From Octopus bimaculoides (taxonomy: Eukaryota): a stretch of DNA of 39,684 nucleotides. The DNA lies in assembly GCF_001194135.2 (NCBI RefSeq), contig NC_068989.1, forward strand, positions 30,152,224 through 30,191,907, given 5' to 3'. Within the stretch, counting starts at the first letter, position 1. The number at the start of each line of letters is the position of its first letter. The notes under the pieces are model-generated. The model saw only the letters and a list, made by a program, of their open reading frames with translations, did not search any database and was not told the origin of the DNA. Positions 35,190 to 39,684 of this stretch are shown here, piece after piece. The translations under genes were made by a program, and so were the position numbers.

Positions 35190-35995
35190 AATTAATATTG
35201 TTGTTGGTAATAGCTGGTACGAGAGTTACCATTGGTTTTGCACCTAAAAACTTCTAAGGGGCATAAGTGATTTGACAGACTTATTGGCCGAAGGCACAAC
35301 TTTTCTATAACTGGAAGTTAAAATACAGGTTTGGTTAGTCAGGGTTGTGAAAAAAAAAACCTCAGAACAAAATTCTGCTGGGTGACATCCCTTGTGCACG
35401 AGATGAAGTCATCTCTTTTTGACTGATTCCAGTTGCATCTGAAATGGGTCAGCACATGCACAATTTCCATTAACTGGTTGGCAAATAAGGAATTCCATGT
35501 TTTCAACATGAATTTCCTCTGGGGAAACTGACTAAACATTTCACTTTTGGAGTTTAAGAAAGTCCCTGGATCAAGTAAGTTCTTCAGGATCCTTGTTCTC
35601 TCAGTCAAGTAAGGTTTATGTCATCTACATCCATTAATATATGATCCAGGTTGTTCCAGGAGCTTCCATTTAATTTTCTATGGTGTGCTCTCTTCTTTTA
35701 AAAGCCATTTGTAGTTAGCCAAGGATGTAACATTGCACCTCCCTGGGATCTTAAAACAAGGCCTGTGATTGTTTAGATTTCACTTGAAGGCACTCTCTGT
35801 AGCCCCTACAGATTTCCATGTCTGTACCCTTGCACTGTTGGTGGTGGTGTTGTTGTTGTTGTTGTTGACTGCAAGACAGAGGTTATATGCCTCCAGTCAA
35901 TGAGTCTGAAAAGTCACCTATACTGATAAGAACTTTATAGGTGCAAAACCAATGACAGCTTCCTGTCTAGCCATAACCAACAACTAAATTATACA
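35190..35995 (-). mobile_element. 5'-truncated Penelope-like element (GIY-YIG C-terminus) with inverted terminal segments
   Basis: KSVGATESAFK*NLNNHRPCF...TSLANYKWLLK...IKWKLLE...LTERTRIL...FLNSKSEMFSQFP; 26-bp inverted repeat 35230-35255 / 35929-35954. Confidence 0.8.
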
Positions 35996-36009
35996 TATAC
36001 ATACATATA

Positions 36010-37267
36010 TTAGGTCCTCCAATAAATAATGCAGTGTTTTTCAATTGCATGAACTAAGAGTTAGAGGGGGTTGGGATAAACTAAATGCATCAACTTGCTA
36101 TAAAATCAGGTAGTAATTTTACCTTGTCCTTATTGTTAGTGTAAGTTTTGAAGAGTGCAGTTCGATTTTAACAGTTAGTTTTTCAAAGCTATAATGGAAG
36201 TGACAAAGGAGTATATTTGGCATATTTTGCTTTATGAGTTCAATAAAGGCAACAATGCAACAGAAAGTGTGAGGAGTATTAATGGAGTATATGGGAACAG
36301 ACAATAAGTGTAAGCCAGTGTCAACAGTGGTTCCAGACATTCCAAACTGGAAACTGGAAGATCTGTAGAGCTCGATGGGGACATCCTGCAAACCCTGGTG
36401 GAACAAAATCCCATCGTAACTGTTGAGGAACTAGCAGAAAAGCCTGGATTTGGTCATTCAGCCATTCATCGACACCTACATGCCATTGGAAAAGTCAGAA
36501 AATTGGGTCAAGGGGTTCCTCACAGACTTTCTGAGTCTAATTGTGCACAGAGAGTGAATGAGTGCCCTTCTTTGTTGTCACGTCATGAATGAACCTTTTG
36601 TGGATTGAATAGTGACTGGTGATGAAAAATGGGTTCTCTATAAAAATGTCAAGAACCAAAGATAGTAGGTAGGGAAAGGAGAAACACTGGCACCCCAGGT
36701 TAAAGAAGGTCTTCACCTACATAAGGTGTTGTAATCTGTTTGGTGGAATATGAAAGGTTTAGTCCACTTTGAACTTTTAAACCCAAATTATAACAAAAGA
36801 GATCTACTGTGAGCAGCTTGAGAGCTTAAGTGAGTGATAGAAGAAAAATGACCATCTTTGGTTTCGAGACGAAAAGTGTTCTTCCATCAGGAAAATGCTC
36901 AGCCACACACAGCAAGGATAACATTCCAAAGGCTGGAGCAGTTTGAATGGGAAACGATGCCCCATCCACCTATTTGCCAGACATTGCTCCATCTGATTAT
37001 CTGATTATTCCACAGTCTTCAAAATCATTTGGACAGAAAAAATATGAATTCTGTAGATGAGGTCAGAACAGTACTGGAGGAGTATTTTTCATCACAGACA
37101 AGTGAATTTTGAAAGAGGATCCTTGCAAATCTACCAGATAGATGGAAGTGCATTGTAGAAAATGAAGGAGAGTATATTTGAGATTAAAAAAGAACTTTGT
37201 TTATCTTAATTTAAAAAAAAAATAAAAGAAGTACAAAAAAAACCGCATTATTTATGGGATGATCCAA
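36010..37267 (+). mobile_element. Mariner (DD34D-type) element, full-length, with transposase pseudogene ~36194-37181
   Basis: TIRs ttaggtcctccaataaataatgcag / cgcattatttatgggatgatccaa; MEVTKEYIWHILLYEF, IVTGDEKW, HQENAQPH...HPPY.PDIAPSDY; many stops. Confidence 0.92.
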
Positions 37268-38369
37268 CAGATATATAAATTGTTTGACAGCCAGAAATGT
37301 GAGATTTGTAAATTTTCTCCTGAAGAAAAGGTTATTGCCTTTGGATTTCCTTAATAGACTTTACATTGACGAAATGTGGCAATGTCTTTTGAAACAATCA
37401 AAGAGATGGATTTGAATGGACTCTTTTCTGGTTATCACTTTGCCCTATATTTTTATATATTTATATTTATATTATTTAAATTTCTTTGCCTTAAATTTTT
37501 AGTCACATTTATTATGCACTAATTTAATCCATATATTTTTCTCCCTTTGACTTCACTCATATTTCCCTTTTAGGTTTTATTATCTTTTATTCGTAAATAT
37601 GTGTATATTTTATACTATTGGGTTTTTCCATTGGATGCCCGGACGTTTTTATATATATTTATGTTCGATTTATGATAATATGGAAATGTTATAAAGTTGT
37701 TTTGACCAATTGGAATGTTTATTCATTATACCTTTCAATTTATTTTTCCTTTCATCTCAGTGTTACCTGAGCACTTCCATCTGCGATCCTATTTTTATTC
37801 CTTGATTCAACAAAATTACTTTTCAGTTTAATGAAATTATAAAATTGTAAAATTATCTCTGTCTATTCTGTGGACTAACGAGAAGATAATTAATAAAATT
37901 TCTGAACAACTCTCAAGATGCCTACATGCATATAAATGTACTTTTGCACAATTCTTGGGGAATGAATTTGAGTAACCATTAACTTAACTTATTTTACTTT
38001 AAGGTATGGATGACCTAAGTTTACTTTTAACCTCTCCATTCTTATAAACATCAAGTTGATAAATAACTTGCTTTGTGATCATGAGTGCACCAAACCTCAT
38101 GTGTGCATAGGCTCACATTTTTGTGGATGCTTGTACTCACACCATGCAGCTTGCTCAAGGGCGTTTATACATCCATACCTGTTAATGGTTATTTTTAATA
38201 CTTTTCTCACTGATTGCATGTTCATTTCTCTTTATGTCATCTGTGATTTTATTTTTGATCTTCTATATAAATGAAGATATTTCCTCTGTCTGGTTGCTTT
38301 TCTCTCTACAAAATGGAAAGTTACACTGCGGAATAGTCATTTTAATGAGTTGCATTTATTTATCACCAG

Positions 38370-38429
38370 AAGAGAGACATCTGCACCACCGGATGCTCCT
38401 GAACCAGTTGTTGAGCGTCCCACCCAAGA
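38370..38429 (+). other. Possible isolated 60-nt coding exon
   Basis: tttatttatcaccag| ... |gtaatt; phase 2-2 frame RETSAPPDAPEPVVERPTQ. No partner exon found. Confidence 0.25.
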
Positions 38430-38510
38430 GTAATTGATGCTAGATGTGTCAAAACAATTGTCATGATTAATAATAAATTGTTGTATATTCCATATTTTGT
38501 CTTTCATTTG

Positions 38511-38512
<2 letters not shown>

Positions 38513-38552
<40 letters not shown>

Positions 38553-38564
38553 GCACATATGTAA

Positions 38565-38621
<57 letters not shown>

Positions 38622-38630
38622 CACACACGC

Positions 38631-38661
<31 letters not shown>

Positions 38662-38673
38662 TATACATATATA
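38513..38673. repeat. Compound (TA)n/(CA)n microsatellite
   Basis: Direct reading. Confidence 0.97.
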
Positions 38674-39023
38674 CAAGGTGATTCAAAAGTCGCCATACAT
38701 AGGAACAACTATTTTTATAAGAAACAGTTTATAAAAACAGTTTTTTTTTATTTAACGGGCTTTACATGGTTACCATTGTTTTGAATACACATTGCAGTAC
38801 GTTTACCCCACTCATTGTAAACTTGTAATAGCACATCTGGTGATATGTGTGCAAATGAGTTGGTGATGCATTCCTTCAAATGATTTATGTCTTTTATCTT
38901 TCCCCGATACACCATGCCTTTCAAATGCCCCCAAATATAAAAATAAAGAGGGGTCAGATCAGGGGATCTTATAAACTGTTTTGTATAAAAAAAAAAAATT
39001 TTCCTATGTATGGAGACTTTTGA

Positions 39024-39027
<4 letters not shown>
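38674..39027 (-). mobile_element. Internally deleted Tc1/mariner element (rosa/DD41D-like C-terminus)
   Basis: ~55-bp TIRs tgattcaaaagtc[g/t]ccatacataggaa...aaacagtttataa; residual RSPDLTPLYFYIWGHLKGMVY...CIQNNGNHV. The subfamily call is inference. Confidence 0.8.
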
Positions 39028-39059
<32 letters not shown>

Positions 39060-39395
39060 TACATACACACACACATTTATATATATTTATTTATATATAA
39101 ACACACACACACACACATATATACATATCATAGGAAACCAGGAAAGATCTGGAAGATGCAAGCTCATAATGATTTGGCATAGATGGATACATTCAAAGTT
39201 GAGGTAGAAAAGAATTTGAGTTCTTAGTGTTGATTTGCCTGAAATAGGGCAAAATTCATGGTATCACTGGTGAAAATGTCATGAGTGATAGAAAGGAGAG
39301 TGCAGGTAGTACTTTACCATAGCATCTGTGACAATCGCTTATTAAATGCATATATGTGTATGTATATGTGTATATGCATATATATATATATATAT

Positions 39396-39684
39396 ATCAC
39401 TGCAGAGATGCTCAAAATATCTGGCAGTGTTGGCTATAGCCTAGTCACCCGTATTACGAACCAGGTGATACACGAAGGAGTCATACCCAATGACTGGTGT
39501 AGCAGCATCATAGTCAACTGCTACAAAGGTAAAGGTGACGCTTTAGATACAAATAATTACAGAGGCATCAAGCTGTTAGATCAGGTTATGAAAGTTACAG
39601 AGAGGGTCATAGCCCAACTAATTAGGGAGTGAATCAATTTAGATGAGATGCAGTTTGGGTTCGTGCCAGGTAAAAGCACTACTG
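39396..39684 (+). mobile_element. RTE LINE RT fragment, 5'-truncated, runs off the window
   Basis: ITAEMLK...IPNDWCSSIIVNCYKGKGDALDTNNYRGIKLL...*INLDEMQFGFVPGKST. Confidence 0.92.

Noticed and set aside
38175-38305. Minus-strand segment with a strong acceptor and CAG|gtatgg donor
   Set aside because: Stops in all three frames; at best a UTR exon, unsupported.

Overview
AT-rich, microsatellite-laden eukaryotic draft-assembly sequence with five N gaps. The SINE, RTE and mariner families and the repeat load suggest an octopus/cephalopod genome (inferred from memory of these families, not a search). The window is mostly decayed, often nested transposable elements: three Helitrons, an R4/Dong-like LINE split by a hAT, a Chapaev3 inside a Helitron, six Tc1/mariner copies, a Merlin-like MITE, a Helentron-type HINE, two Penelope-like elements, RTE LINE pieces and tRNA-SINEs. 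No TE ORF is intact. The only credible host coding sequence is two phase-compatible minus-strand exons (27938-28188, 26587-26708) of a gene I cannot name. I found no rRNA, tRNA or CRISPR. The best leads are two tandem 79-nt units carrying hammerhead-ribozyme-like cores at 20044-20201, a MITE with an inverted telomere-repeat core, and several fold-back palindromes. The palindromes may be assembly artefacts. I cannot confirm a new biological system from sequence alone. All coordinates were read by eye, and decayed-element boundaries are approximate.
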